Origin: Parcubacteria group bacterium GW2011_GWC1_45_13
GTDB lineage: Bacteria; Patescibacteriota; Minisyncoccia; UBA11713; 2-01-FULL-45-33
Reading direction: 5' to 3'
DNA length: 64,000 bases
NCBI GenBank assembly: GCA_001001285.1
Contig: LCKG01000004.1
Location: 1,957-65,956, forward strand
Shown: piece after piece, positions 18,017-28,513 of the stretch
How positions within the stretch are numbered: the stretch's first letter is position 1
Layout of the letters: every line of letters starts with the position of its first letter
Translations under genes and position numbers: made by a program
Notes under the pieces: model-generated
What the model saw: the letters and a program-made list of their open reading frames with translations, nothing else
Database searches by the model: none
Told to the model about the DNA's origin: nothing

Positions 18017-19713
18017 CGGTCTGGTGGAATTGTATAATAATTTATTAAAAAATCAACCACAGATCTGAAAGTGTCGGTTATGGATTGCGAAGCGTATTTC
18101 ACGCCTTGAGGCTTTTCTAAAAATATCAGAATTAAAAATTTTGGGTCATAGGCCGGGAAATAACCAAAAAAGGAGTGTAAAAACTGGTCGTCAGAATAGC
18201 CCCTGCCGCCGATGTTAACTACTTGCGCCGTTCCGGTTTTGGCTGCGATGCTCATCTGTGGTATCTTGGCCTTCCCGCCAGCCAAAGACATATCCACGAC
18301 GTCAACCAGCATTTTTGTAATGGTTTCGGAAGTTTGCGGTTTAATCACGTCGCGGATAATTTGCGGAGCGGTGCCATCTTTTATAAAAGGCTTCATTAAA
18401 TGTCCGCCATTGGCGAGAGCCGAAAGCGCCATGGCCAACTCCAGAGGCGTCACGGCCACGCCTTGACCGAAAGCTGCGGTCGCAAACTCAACTTCCCTGC
18501 CGGATTCCAAATTGCTAAGATTCCCTTTTAATTCGCCGGGCAAATCTATGCCGGTTTTGTCGGCTAAGCCGAATTTATGAAAATATTCTTTCAATTTTTC
18601 TCCGCCTACGCGCTGCATGGCAAATACCGCGCCGGTATTTAAAGATTCTTCCAAAACTTGCGTCATAGTGCGCGTTCCGTGCGCTTTGCCGTCAAAATTT
18701 TTAATAATACGGTCCCCGATTTTAATCTGGCCCATATCCACGTAAGTAGTGTATGGAGTAACAGCCCCTTGATCCAAGGCCGCGGACATTGTGAGAGGTT
18801 TGAAAACCGAGCCCAGTTCAAAAATTTTTTCCACATAGGGATTCAAAAAAACGCCCAGATTGTTTTCGGCCTGATATTTGTTAGGGTCAAAATCCGGAGA
18901 ACCGGCCAAGGCTTTTATAGCGCCGGTTTTTGGATCAATAATTAAAATTCCTCCGGCCGCGGCGCGCCACTTTTCCCTTAATTTTTTTAATTCTTCTTCC
19001 GCAGTGCGCTGGACCGTCGGTTCTATGGTTAAAACCAAATCCTGCCCTTCGGCCGGCTCGGCGCGCAAATCTTCGCCTAAAGCGATTAATATGCCCTTGG
19101 CGTCTTTGTCGCCCGAAACGCTTCCCTTGGCGCCCCTTAAAGAATCGTCGTAATATTTTTCCGCGCCGTATCTGCCGACAGGCTCCTCCTCCGCCGACAG
19201 CGACGACACAAATCCCAAAATTTGGCTGCCGGTATCGCCCATCGGATATGCTCGCCATCGTTCTTTGGCCAGCCCAACGCCAGGAAGATTTAAAACGGAG
19301 ATTTTATCGGCTTCTTCCTGATTCAAGCGATGCTTAAGAATTTCATAAGGATCATTTGTTTTATTCGCTATTTTATCGAATAAAACGCGGTCTATCGGCG
19401 TAATAGCGTTTAATTTATTAAATATGTTTTCCGGGTCTTTTAAAAGTTTGGTATTCAAATACAAAAGAGCTCCTATTTTTGTAGTAGCCGCTTTAACAAG
19501 TTCTCCGTTTTTATTTTTGTAGTAAATATCTCCGCGTTTCGGCTCCAAAATTTCGCTGAACCTTTGCTGTTTTTTAGCCAGGTCGCGATAAACCGGATAA
19601 CGGACGATTTGAATAAAAAAAAGACGGCCGGCTACGGCCGTACTGATTAAAACGATAATGGCAAGAGTGAGCCCCAGGCGGTTATTGCTAGTAAAAATTT
19701 TGTTTTTCCGCAT
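18013..19713 (-). CDS. ftsI: Class B penicillin-binding protein (FtsI-like)
   Basis: GSVFK, SLN and KTGTAQ motifs; lies in the dcw cluster; start placed at MRKNKIF. Confidence 0.88.
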   Translation of the reverse strand: MRKNKIFTSNNRLGLTLAIIVLISTAVAGRLFFIQIVRYPVYRDLAKKQQRFSEILEPKRGDIYYKNKNGELVKAATTKIGALLYLNTKLLKDPENIFNKLNAITPIDRVLFDKIANKTNDPYEILKHRLNQEEADKISVLNLPGVGLAKERWRAYPMGDTGSQILGFVSSLSAEEEPVGRYGAEKYYDDSLRGAKGSVSGDKDAKGILIALGEDLRAEPAEGQDLVLTIEPTVQRTAEEELKKLREKWRAAAGGILIIDPKTGAIKALAGSPDFDPNKYQAENNLGVFLNPYVEKIFELGSVFKPLTMSAALDQGAVTPYTTYVDMGQIKIGDRIIKNFDGKAHGTRTMTQVLEESLNTGAVFAMQRVGGEKLKEYFHKFGLADKTGIDLPGELKGNLSNLESGREVEFATAAFGQGVAVTPLELAMALSALANGGHLMKPFIKDGTAPQIIRDVIKPQTSETITKMLVDVVDMSLAGGKAKIPQMSIAAKTGTAQVVNIGGRGYSDDQFLHSFFGYFPAYDPKFLILIFLEKPQGVKYASQSITDTFRSVVDFLINYYTIPPDR

Positions 19714-20068
19714 CTTTAACAGCGACGTTGCCTGCGGTTCTGATAATCTCCAGATTTTTAGGCTCCTCATAGCCATGTTCCTTAAAATATTCTACGCTCT
19801 TACCGTAGCTCTCGCTAATAAACATGCTTTCAGCCCCGGCACTTTCCAGAGTGCTTTTATTTAACGCCTCCGCCAGATCGCTTCGCTTGAGATTTTGAGT
19901 TACAATAGAGCCCGTTAAATAAACGTACAAAGCGACTAAGGCGATAAAGCTAAACGAAAGAGTTTTTAAAAGATTTTTTTTCTTTCGGAAATTCAAATCT
20001 TCCAACGCCCCACTGGCTTGGGAAATATAAGGTCTGACGTATGAAAATGTTAAATTAAGCACGCTCAT
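19688..20068 (-). CDS. FtsL-like small bitopic protein
   Basis: Single TM plus coiled segment, between rsmH and ftsI. Confidence 0.6.
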   Translation of the reverse strand: MSVLNLTFSYVRPYISQASGALEDLNFRKKKNLLKTLSFSFIALVALYVYLTGSIVTQNLKRSDLAEALNKSTLESAGAESMFISESYGKSVEYFKEHGYEEPKNLEIIRTAGNVAVKDAEKQNFY

Positions 20069-20069
20069 A

Positions 20070-20954
20070 TTAAATTTTTTCTAAAACTCTTAATTTGGCC
20101 GACCTGGAACTAGGATTTTTAATAATTTCTTCCTGGGATGCGGTTTTTGGTTTTTTAGTCAGAATGATTGCCTTTTTTCCGACAACGGCGGAAAAAAAGT
20201 TTTTTACGATTCTGTCTTCCAGAGAATGATAGGAAATAATCGCCAGCCTCCCGCCGGCATCCAACGCGTCAAACGATTTAGGCAGAGCTTCTGTTAAAGC
20301 TTCCAACTCGTTGTTTACCGCTATCCGCAAAGCTTGGAATATCCGCGCCAGTATCTTCTCTCGGCCATCCGGCTTTTGCGCGCCCAGAGCATTGAGCAAA
20401 TCTTTTACTGAAATGATGCGCCTGCCTTGCCGGTAGGCAGGCTGTTTTTTTCTGAACTCCATGATTTTTTTGGCAAACAGCCTTGCTTTTGGTTCTTGTC
20501 CGAAATTTTTAAATATTTCTGCGAGCCTGTCTTCGGGATATCCATTTAATATTTCGGCAGCCGTGTTCGCGGATTTTTTATTTAAATTCATAAATAACGC
20601 CTCCTCCGGCTTTTGAAAAGAAAATCCTCTTCCGCTTTGTTCAAGATGCCACCGCGACATGCCGAGATCGAATAATACGGCTTTTATTTTGTTAAACCCA
20701 AGTTTTTTGATAATTTCATCAATATCTTTGAAATTTCCCCAAATAGCTGTAATATTTTTGTCTCCCTCCATCCGTTCAATCATGCTTTTATCCTGGTCTA
20801 TCCCCAGCACTTTGCCGCCTGGTTTTATAAGCTCCAGCATCATTCGCGCGTGCCCGCCGCCGTTCAAGGTGGCGTCCACCGCGTTATCCCCCGGCTTAAG
20901 ATTTAAAAGTACTTTCAATTCTTCAGTTAAAACCGGCGTGTGGATCTCTTGCAT
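20070..20954 (-). CDS. rsmH: 16S rRNA m4C1402 methyltransferase
   Basis: HTPVL, DATLNGGGH, FQALRIAVN, ISYHSLEDR and RSAKLR motifs. Confidence 0.97.
   Translation of the reverse strand: MQEIHTPVLTEELKVLLNLKPGDNAVDATLNGGGHARMMLELIKPGGKVLGIDQDKSMIERMEGDKNITAIWGNFKDIDEIIKKLGFNKIKAVLFDLGMSRWHLEQSGRGFSFQKPEEALFMNLNKKSANTAAEILNGYPEDRLAEIFKNFGQEPKARLFAKKIMEFRKKQPAYRQGRRIISVKDLLNALGAQKPDGREKILARIFQALRIAVNNELEALTEALPKSFDALDAGGRLAIISYHSLEDRIVKNFFSAVVGKKAIILTKKPKTASQEEIIKNPSSRSAKLRVLEKI
20421..20441. repeat. Family B 21-nt palindrome inside rsmH
   Basis: CCTGCCTTGCCGGTAGGCAGG adds PAYRQGR. Confidence 0.92.
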
Positions 20955-21388
20955 CAGTAAAGTCCCAGCTCTCCTAATTTTTCGGCAATCATTTCAATAT
21001 TATCTTTCGTGACTTCGCTGTAACGCGCCCAAAGTTCCGGATTCCAAATTTCTACACGATTGTAAAGCCCGACAATCTGCGCTGTGTCCGACAATCTCGC
21101 GTAAACTTTCAGATAATCCGGCAAAAGTATCCGCCCAAGCGAATCAACTTCTATGTCGGTTGCTCCGGCAATCATCGCGCGGATGAAACTGCGATGTTCG
21201 GCTTTGCCCCAAGGCAGTTTGGCTAGCTTTTCCGCAAGCTCTTTCCAATGGGCTAAAGGATAAAGAAAAAGGCATTTATCCAATCCGCGGGTAAGCACAA
21301 CGATCTTTCCCAAGTCTTTGCGAAATTTTGAAGGTACTGAAACACGGTTTTTCTGGTCTATAGTATGTAAATATTCGCCTATTAACAT
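20954..21388 (-). CDS. mraZ: Division/cell wall cluster regulator MraZ
   Basis: MLIGEY.HTID.KNR, D..GRILLP and RVEIW; start placed at 21388. Confidence 0.95.
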   Translation of the reverse strand: MLIGEYLHTIDQKNRVSVPSKFRKDLGKIVVLTRGLDKCLFLYPLAHWKELAEKLAKLPWGKAEHRSFIRAMIAGATDIEVDSLGRILLPDYLKVYARLSDTAQIVGLYNRVEIWNPELWARYSEVTKDNIEMIAEKLGELGLY

Positions 21389-21398
21389 ATATTTAAAG

Positions 21399-21459
21399 TT
21401 ATCCACACTATCCACAGGTTTATCCACATTTTCCCACTTCATATACATTGTAATCCACA
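21399..21459 (-). promoter_or_regulatory. GTGG repeat array upstream of mraZ (MraZ-box-like, overlapping perfect DnaA boxes)
   Basis: Minus strand GTGGGA/GTGGAT repeats about 10 nt apart; TTATCCACA at 21399-21407 and 21420-21428. Confidence 0.65.
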
Positions 21460-21552
21460 GGCCGCTCGCGCGCAAATAAAAACGTCCCGCCGATGGCTGG
21501 ACAAAATAAAGCTAAATCAGCTTATTTACTCACAGCTTATTCACATTTATTT

Positions 21553-23025
21553 TTATTTCGGCTTCATTGTGGGGAAAAGGATGACTTCTTTGATGTTGTC
21601 CGTATCGGTGAAAAGCATGACCAATCTGTCCAGGCCTATTCCTAATCCGGCCGCCAGAGGCATGCCGTACTCCAAAGCCTCAATAAACTCTTCGTCCAAA
21701 GGTTGTGCTTCGATATCTCCTTCCGCGCCAACCATTGCTTCTTTTTTGAGCCTCTCCTGCTGGTCTAGTGGGTCGTTTAATTCGTTAAAAGCTTTCACTA
21801 TTTCAATTCCTCCGGCGACAACCTGAAAAGACAAAACCGCTTCCGGATTTTTAGGCGAGCGCTTTGCCAAAGGAAGAATGCTTGCCGGATAATCGGTAAC
21901 AAATGTCGGTTGGATAAATTTCGGCCGGCAAACTTTGGCGAATATTTTCTCCGCTATTTTATCTTTGGATTCGTGGCTCTCCAGATTAACTCCGAAGCGC
22001 ATGGCGATGGTCACCAGATCTCCCCGCGATTTTTTACGGTATTCGGTGATTAAAGCGTGTCGTTCTAAAGCCTCAATAAAAGTTATTTTTTTAAACGGAG
22101 CCTTGAAAGAAATTTTTTGTCCGCCGAAGGTGATGCTTTTATCCTTGGCGACTAAAGCGGCTAGGTCGCCGAGAAGTTTTTCAATAAATTTCATTAAATT
22201 TTCGTGGTCGGAGTAGGTAATGTAAAGTTCCGCGGTGGTAAATTCCGGATTATGGGTCGCGTCTATGCCTTCGTTTCTAAAAACGCGGCCGATTTCATAA
22301 ACTTTATTGAACCCGCCGATCAGTAGATATTTCAGATGAATTTCCGTGGCTATTCTCAACCAAAGATCAATATCCAAAGCGTTGTGGTGTGTTTTGAATG
22401 GGCGCGCTGACGCGCCGCCCGCCATGGTTTGAAGCACCGGAGTTTCAACTTCCATAAACCCATCTTTATTTAAAAGCGCGCGCAATTTATAAATAAGCCG
22501 GCTTCGGAATAAAAACCTGTCTTTGATGTTGCTATTCATCAATAAATCCAAATAACGTTTGCGGAAGCGCTCTTCCACATCCTGAAGGCCATGCCATTTT
22601 TCAGGCAAAGGCAAAAGAGATTTTGCAAGCATTTCCCATCGCGCGACTTCCAGCGTCTGTTCATTTCGCTTGGTAAAAAACAGTCTTCCTTGAACCGCGA
22701 TAAAATCCCCTATGTCGCTTGTTTCCGAAAATAATTTGTAAGCACTCTTGCCAACCTTGTTCTCTCCAAAAAAAACTTGAAGCTTCTCGGTTCCGTCAAA
22801 AATATCCAAAAATACCGAACCGCCATGCTCCCTTTTGGCTAAAATCCTGCCAGCAACGCCGAGCGTTTTTTTAGATCCGGTATATTTTTTAAAATTCTTT
22901 TTTATATCCTCTGCCGCTAAAACTACAAAGGAAATTTTGCTGGGATAAGGAGCTATCCCTGCTTTTTGCAGTATCTCTAATTTCTTTATGCGGTGGCGCC
23001 TAATTTCTTCTCCAGATGAAGCCAT
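21553..23025 (-). CDS. lysS: Lysine-tRNA ligase (class II)
   Basis: LPEKWHGL, RYLDL, FRNEGID..HNPEF and GIGLDRL motifs. Confidence 0.97.
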   Translation of the reverse strand: MASSGEEIRRHRIKKLEILQKAGIAPYPSKISFVVLAAEDIKKNFKKYTGSKKTLGVAGRILAKREHGGSVFLDIFDGTEKLQVFFGENKVGKSAYKLFSETSDIGDFIAVQGRLFFTKRNEQTLEVARWEMLAKSLLPLPEKWHGLQDVEERFRKRYLDLLMNSNIKDRFLFRSRLIYKLRALLNKDGFMEVETPVLQTMAGGASARPFKTHHNALDIDLWLRIATEIHLKYLLIGGFNKVYEIGRVFRNEGIDATHNPEFTTAELYITYSDHENLMKFIEKLLGDLAALVAKDKSITFGGQKISFKAPFKKITFIEALERHALITEYRKKSRGDLVTIAMRFGVNLESHESKDKIAEKIFAKVCRPKFIQPTFVTDYPASILPLAKRSPKNPEAVLSFQVVAGGIEIVKAFNELNDPLDQQERLKKEAMVGAEGDIEAQPLDEEFIEALEYGMPLAAGLGIGLDRLVMLFTDTDNIKEVILFPTMKPK

Positions 23026-23030
23026 TATTT

Positions 23031-23501
23031 TTATATTATATCAATGATTTTATATTCAAGTACGCCCTTGGGAGTGTGAACGGAAACGGCGTCAAATTTT
23101 TTGTGATTTAAGAGAGCCTTGCCCAAAGGAGACTCGTTTGAAATTTTGTTTTCCGCGGGAGACGCTTCGTTCGCGCCGACAATAGTGAAATTCAATCTCT
23201 TCCCCAGAGCATCCTCCACCGTCACCTGCGAACCGATGTCCACTTGGCCGAGGGACGCGGAATGCTCCACCACAACCGCCCGGCGGAGCATATCTTCCAA
23301 TTCTGCTATTTTAGCTTCATTTAATATTTGAGATTCTTTAGCTTCCTGATATTCAGAGTTTTCCGAAAGATCTCCTAAGCTTTTGGCGTACTCTAAACGA
23401 TTGGCAATTTCCTTGCGCTTTTTGGTTTTAAGGCTTTCAAGCTCACTTTTAAGCTTGGTTAGCCCGACTTTTGAAAAATATGTTGAATCTAATTCAGCCA
23501 T
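23031..23501 (-). CDS. greA: Transcription elongation factor GreA
   Basis: GDLSENSEY and ISNESPLGKAL motifs. Confidence 0.97.
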   Translation of the reverse strand: MAELDSTYFSKVGLTKLKSELESLKTKKRKEIANRLEYAKSLGDLSENSEYQEAKESQILNEAKIAELEDMLRRAVVVEHSASLGQVDIGSQVTVEDALGKRLNFTIVGANEASPAENKISNESPLGKALLNHKKFDAVSVHTPKGVLEYKIIDII

Positions 23502-23513
23502 AATTTAATTTAT

Positions 23514-25193
23514 CTATTTGGGGAGTATATCATTATCCAGCTTAGAAAGAAAACCGGTATCCGCGATCCAGCGAATAACCTGGGTGGCGACGTAAGTGGC
23601 GCCCACGGTGTTCTGCCTCGGGCCGCTTTCCATTAAAACAGCGAAAGCCACCCGCGGATTTTCATAGGGGAAAAACCCGATTGACCAAGAATGCACCGTG
23701 TTTGTTCCGCCGACTTCTGCCGTTCCGGTTTTAGCGGCTATTTCAATTGGCAGATTAAACAACCCCTGGGCTGTGCCGAATTTAACGGAATCTCGCATGC
23801 CTTCTTTAATTATTTTAAAAATGTCCGGCGATATCGGCAAAACGCGCTTGGGAGGATAAGAAAAAATCTGCAGAGGTTTTTTATCCCTATCAACTACGGC
23901 ACGAACCAAGTGAGGATACCGCAAAACGCCGTCGGAAGCGATTGCGGCCGCGTAAGAAACTATCTCAATCGGTGTGACCGTTACGTCGCCTTGGCCGATG
24001 GCCATATGATAGGTATCACCTATGGTCCAATTGCGGCCGCCTTGTTTTTCCGAAGGGTCCGGCAAATGCCCCGATTGTTCTCCCGGAAGATCAATCCCGC
24101 TTTTGTCTCCAAGTCCAAACATGGAAAAATATTTTTTAATGTTCCACGGCCCCAGACCTTTTTGATCTTGATACCCCCCGCCAACTTCATAAAAATAAAC
24201 ATCGCTGGAAACCGCCAAAGCTTGCCTTATATCCACCCAGCCATGTGCCTTCCAATCTAAAAAAACATTTGGATGCGCGAGGTCATAGGGATTGGGCAAG
24301 CTAATTGAGCCGGTGCTCAATATTTTTTTATCAGGTGTAATGATATTTTCCAAAAGAGCGCCTGCGGCCAAAGCCGGCTTCACTATAGACCCAGGCGCGT
24401 AAAGGCCAGCGATAGCTCTGTTCAAAAAAGGCTTGCCTTCGTTGTGGATTAACTTATTGATTTCTTCCGAAGTGTTTTTTTTGGAAAGTAAATTCGGATC
24501 GAATTCCGGCGCGCTGACCAAAGCCAGAATTTCTCCGCTTTTTATATCCATAAAAACACCAGCGCCTCCTGTGAATCCTCTTTCTTCTTTGGTGTCATTG
24601 ATAGCCTCGGCAAGTTTTATATTAAGGCCCATGGAAATACCTGTTAAAATATTTTTGCCTTCTTGACCTTTTTCTAAAATGCCCTGTTCAATAACGTTTC
24701 CTTTGGCATCAACTTCTTCTATATTTTTATCGGGAGCGCCACGTAATATATCGTCGTAAGTAGCTTCCAAACCGCTGGCTCCTCTAGGCGCGTCGCCTTC
24801 TTTTTCCGGTGCCGTTAAAAATCCCGAAACGTGCAAAAATCCGACAGGAGGATATTTTCTTAAATTTTCCGCTTCAACCATGTCGTTATAAGCCAGCAGA
24901 TTGCCGTCTTTATCGTAAATAATACCGCGCTGGGTTTCTAAGTTTACAACTCTTAAATAATTTTTTTCGGAGCGTTCTTTTAATTCTCCCCCTTTCGCCA
25001 GTTGGAGATAGCCCACGCGCAAACCAAAAACAGTAAGCGCTAAAATCAAAAAAACGCCCAGAAACCAAAAAATCTTGTTTTGTATAGGATTTTCCAGCAT
25101 ACCTTCCATACTTTCCTGGTGGAATCCCGGGGCGTTTTTTTGGTCCGGAAATATCTCGTCAACTTCTATCTCTTTGTTATTTTTTCTCCGCAT
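23514..25193 (-). CDS. mrdA: Penicillin-binding protein 2
   Basis: PGSIVK, SSD and KTGTAE motifs; downstream of mreBCD. Confidence 0.88.
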   Translation of the reverse strand: MRRKNNKEIEVDEIFPDQKNAPGFHQESMEGMLENPIQNKIFWFLGVFLILALTVFGLRVGYLQLAKGGELKERSEKNYLRVVNLETQRGIIYDKDGNLLAYNDMVEAENLRKYPPVGFLHVSGFLTAPEKEGDAPRGASGLEATYDDILRGAPDKNIEEVDAKGNVIEQGILEKGQEGKNILTGISMGLNIKLAEAINDTKEERGFTGGAGVFMDIKSGEILALVSAPEFDPNLLSKKNTSEEINKLIHNEGKPFLNRAIAGLYAPGSIVKPALAAGALLENIITPDKKILSTGSISLPNPYDLAHPNVFLDWKAHGWVDIRQALAVSSDVYFYEVGGGYQDQKGLGPWNIKKYFSMFGLGDKSGIDLPGEQSGHLPDPSEKQGGRNWTIGDTYHMAIGQGDVTVTPIEIVSYAAAIASDGVLRYPHLVRAVVDRDKKPLQIFSYPPKRVLPISPDIFKIIKEGMRDSVKFGTAQGLFNLPIEIAAKTGTAEVGGTNTVHSWSIGFFPYENPRVAFAVLMESGPRQNTVGATYVATQVIRWIADTGFLSKLDNDILPK

Positions 25194-25488
25194 AGCTGAA
25201 GATGTAAAGCAAAATTAAAAGTAAAAAAACGTACATGAAAATATGCGAAGTAAATTTTAATGAAGGCGTTTCCCAACCGTTTGTGGCGAACGCCCAGAAT
25301 ATCATTAAAAACAATCCGGAAACAAAAGCCAAAACGGCATTAACAGCTTTGAGCATAAAAAGGAATTTAAAATACAAAAATGCCGCCACCATCGCCGGCA
25401 ATAAATAAAAACCTGGAGCCTCCGCCCCGAGACTTTCGAATATCAGGCCATAAAAAAAACCGGCTATCAAAACTTTTTGCTTAATCAT
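25177..25488 (-). CDS. MreD-like membrane protein
   Basis: Hydrophobic ORF between mreC and pbp2. Confidence 0.6.
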   Translation of the reverse strand: MIKQKVLIAGFFYGLIFESLGAEAPGFYLLPAMVAAFLYFKFLFMLKAVNAVLAFVSGLFLMIFWAFATNGWETPSLKFTSHIFMYVFLLLILLYIFSYAEKK

Positions 25489-26191
25489 TTTTTGAAATTA
25501 TATCCACTTCGTCAAGCAAAACTGGCGATACCGGAGAAATTACGCTGATTTCTTTAAATGGTTCGTCGAACTCAGAAGAAATTCTATCAACTACTCCCGC
25601 GATATATTCGGGGTTCTCGGCTGAACGGAAAATATCCCCTATTTTTAAATTCGTCTCCGCAGGCATCTCCATTTGAAACTCTCCACCGCCGCGGCCCGTA
25701 GCCTCCATGGGAACGAATTGAATATTTTCTAAAGCATCTTGGCGCAACGTAATTTTATCTCCAACGTGCCCCAAAAGAGCCGCCTTGCTCCAGTCTGCGC
25801 CGACCTCCGTGATCCGCCCGATGAGAATTTTATTTTGATAAGTAACCAGATCGCCAATTTTTATTCCTGCGTTCTCGCCTTGATTTATAAAAAGAATGTC
25901 AGAAAAAAGATAACCTCCTCCGAAAACGATATTAGCCGGTATCAGTCTATTTTTGCCGTTTACTCCCAGAGCTTTTTTTAGTTTAAGATTTTCTCTTTCA
26001 AGATCCCTGATTTTAATAAGCAACGCCAAAGCTTGGTTACTGGCCTGCCGGGATTCGCGTTCGGGGACCAAAAAAAGTGAAGCTTTGATAATTAAATTTT
26101 TGATGAAGCCTCGGCTACCGCCAAAAAAAACCAGCACTAGAAGCACCGCCCAAAAAACCTTACTTTGGAGGGAGATCATAATCATCTTCAA
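25481..26191 (-). CDS. mreC: Rod shape-determining protein MreC
   Basis: TM, LERENLKLK coil, INQGENAGIKIGD; follows mreB. Confidence 0.88.
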   Translation of the reverse strand: MKMIMISLQSKVFWAVLLVLVFFGGSRGFIKNLIIKASLFLVPERESRQASNQALALLIKIRDLERENLKLKKALGVNGKNRLIPANIVFGGGYLFSDILFINQGENAGIKIGDLVTYQNKILIGRITEVGADWSKAALLGHVGDKITLRQDALENIQFVPMEATGRGGGEFQMEMPAETNLKIGDIFRSAENPEYIAGVVDRISSEFDEPFKEISVISPVSPVLLDEVDIISKND

Positions 26192-27212
26192 TAAAAACTT
26201 CGCGAAAACTGTCTATATCCTCCAGAATTATTCCGGTTCCCCGCACCACAGCCGTCAAAGGATCTTCCGCCAAATAAACCGGCATTTTTGTTTCGCGCTC
26301 CAAGAGCTTGTCCAAACCCCGAATCAAGCTCCCTCCGCCCACCAATAATATTCCGCGATGCATGATATCAGCCACCAGCTCCGGCGGAGTATCTTCTATG
26401 GTGCCCTTTACTCCGTCCGCGATTAAGCGGATAGATTTGGCTAAAGCAGCCCGCACATCGCTGTCCGTTACCAAGACTTCCCTCGGCAGTCCAGTTACCA
26501 AATCCCTTCCGCGCAAGGTTCCCTCAAAAATTTCGTTCGTTTTCCAAACCGACCCGATTGAAATTTTTATATCTTCTGCGGTGCGCTCGCCTATCAAAAG
26601 TTTAAATTCGTCTCTGGCGTAATTGGCAATGTCCTCGTTGAATTTGTCGCCAGCAACCCGTAAATTGCGGGACGCAACGATGCCGCCTAAAGAAATCACA
26701 GCAATATCCGTCGTTCCGCCGCCTGCGTCTATCACCATACTCCCTACCGCTTCCTGAATCGGGAGCCTCACGCCGATAGCCGCGGCCATCGGCTCCTCCA
26801 CCAAATAAACCTCTCTGGCTCCGGCGTTGTGAGCCGCATCCCGCACGGCTCGACGCTCAACTTCCGTGATGCTGGAGGGAATGCCAATCACCACGCGCGG
26901 GCGAGCGAAAAGCTGGGCGGAAGAGCTATGCACTTTTTTTATGAAATAATTGAGCATCTCCGCCGTAACCTCAAAATCCGAGATCACTCCCTCAACCAAG
27001 GGGCGCAAAGCAATAATATGACCTGGCGTCCGCCCCAGCATTTTTTTGGCATCATGGCCAATGGCCACCACCTGCCCGGTTTTTTGATTAATGGCCACTA
27101 CCGAAGGCTCATTGATTAAAATGCCCTCGCCGCGCACGTAAACAAGTGTATTGGCGGTGCCCAAATCAATCCCCAGATCTTTTGAAAAGATGCCAAAAAT
27201 TTTATTTATCAT
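26160..27212 (-). CDS. mreB: Rod shape-determining protein MreB
   Basis: GIDLGTANT, EPSVVA, EEPMAAAIG and DAGGGTT motifs. Confidence 0.97.
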   Translation of the reverse strand: MINKIFGIFSKDLGIDLGTANTLVYVRGEGILINEPSVVAINQKTGQVVAIGHDAKKMLGRTPGHIIALRPLVEGVISDFEVTAEMLNYFIKKVHSSSAQLFARPRVVIGIPSSITEVERRAVRDAAHNAGAREVYLVEEPMAAAIGVRLPIQEAVGSMVIDAGGGTTDIAVISLGGIVASRNLRVAGDKFNEDIANYARDEFKLLIGERTAEDIKISIGSVWKTNEIFEGTLRGRDLVTGLPREVLVTDSDVRAALAKSIRLIADGVKGTIEDTPPELVADIMHRGILLVGGGSLIRGLDKLLERETKMPVYLAEDPLTAVVRGTGIILEDIDSFREVFIEDDYDLPPK

Positions 27213-28449
27213 ATTTTTCTAAAAATGTTTTTATGGTTTCCAGCCGAATCGTTTCGGAATTTCTTTCCTTTAGTTCCACACTGTCTTTTTCCAAAGTCTT
27301 CTCGCTCACGACCATCCTTAGTGGAATCCCCAAAAGATCGGCGTCGGCAAACTTTTCTCCGGCCATCTTTTCTGCGCGATCATCGTATAACACTTCCCTG
27401 CTTCTTGCAGTAAGGTCGACATAAAGTTTTTCACCGGCTTTTTTTACTTTGGGAGATTCGCCGACCGCTATTAAATGAATAGTAAAAGGCGCAACCCCCT
27501 TCGGCCAAATAAGCCCTTTTTCATCGCTCATAACTTCGGCAATGATTCCCATAACTCGGGATGTTCCCAAACCATAACATCCTGCTGAAACCAGTTTCTC
27601 TTTTCCGGCTTCATCTTTAAAATTTAGATTAAAATCATTAGCGTATTTTTCTTTCAACGGGAAAATATTCCCCGCCTCTATAGCTTTGATTTCTTTAGTA
27701 ATCCCGCTGCAATTTGAGCATTTGTCGGATTTGGCGTCTGCCTTGCTTGCTACTTCCTTATTTACCGCCAAATCGCATTTTTCGCAAAGAAAAATAATGT
27801 CCTCGCCGGCATCGGAAACAACTTGAAATTCCATAGAAAGTTCCGAAAAAGTTCCGCCGGAAGCGATAGTGGGGATGACGTTTAAACCTAATTTTTTAAA
27901 TACAGTGATATAGGTTTCTTTCATCACTTCATAATATTTATCGCGGTCTTTATCATTCGCATGGAAACTATAAAGGTCTTTCATACGGAATTCTCGCGCG
28001 CGAAGAAGTCCGGCCTTGGGTCTTTTTTCGTCCCTAAATTTTGTTTGAATTTGATAAATATAAACCGGCAGGTCGCGGTATGAACTGATGTGTTTTTTAA
28101 GAAGCGCGTAAAGAATTTCTTCGTGGGTCGGGCCCAAGGCGTATTCCCCACCGAAGTTGCTTTTAGTTTTAAAAAGCGCGTCAAACGCTTGCCATCTGCC
28201 GGTAATCTCCCAATTTTCTTTAGGATGAAGGCTAGGCATTAAAATTTCAACACCGCCAGCGCCGTTCATCTCTTCTCGGACAATGTTTTCTATCTTATTT
28301 AAAACCCGGAGGCCCAAAGGCAAAAAAGTGTAAACTCCGGCCGAGAGCTTCTGAATAAAACCTGCCTGCTCCAAAAGTTTGGCGTTTTTTGACTCTTCGT
28401 CTTTGGGCGGGGTTCGTTGGGTTTTGGCGAATAATTCCGAAAGCCGCAT
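27202..28449 (-). CDS. proS: Proline-tRNA ligase (no editing insert)
   Basis: LGPTHEE, QTKFRDE.RP..GLLR.REF.MKD.YSF and GCYGLG motifs. Confidence 0.96.
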   Translation of the reverse strand: MRLSELFAKTQRTPPKDEESKNAKLLEQAGFIQKLSAGVYTFLPLGLRVLNKIENIVREEMNGAGGVEILMPSLHPKENWEITGRWQAFDALFKTKSNFGGEYALGPTHEEILYALLKKHISSYRDLPVYIYQIQTKFRDEKRPKAGLLRAREFRMKDLYSFHANDKDRDKYYEVMKETYITVFKKLGLNVIPTIASGGTFSELSMEFQVVSDAGEDIIFLCEKCDLAVNKEVASKADAKSDKCSNCSGITKEIKAIEAGNIFPLKEKYANDFNLNFKDEAGKEKLVSAGCYGLGTSRVMGIIAEVMSDEKGLIWPKGVAPFTIHLIAVGESPKVKKAGEKLYVDLTARSREVLYDDRAEKMAGEKFADADLLGIPLRMVVSEKTLEKDSVELKERNSETIRLETIKTFLEKYDK

Positions 28450-28513
28450 AGGAATATGTTAACTTAATTAACGCAAAAAGAAAACCCGTCTTTAGGCGAC
28501 GGGCTCAAAGGAA

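Noticed and set aside
21390-21550. Replication origin
   Set aside because: DnaA boxes are present, but there is no dnaA/dnaN nearby, no strand switch of genes, and similar boxes are scattered elsewhere (3892, 37001).
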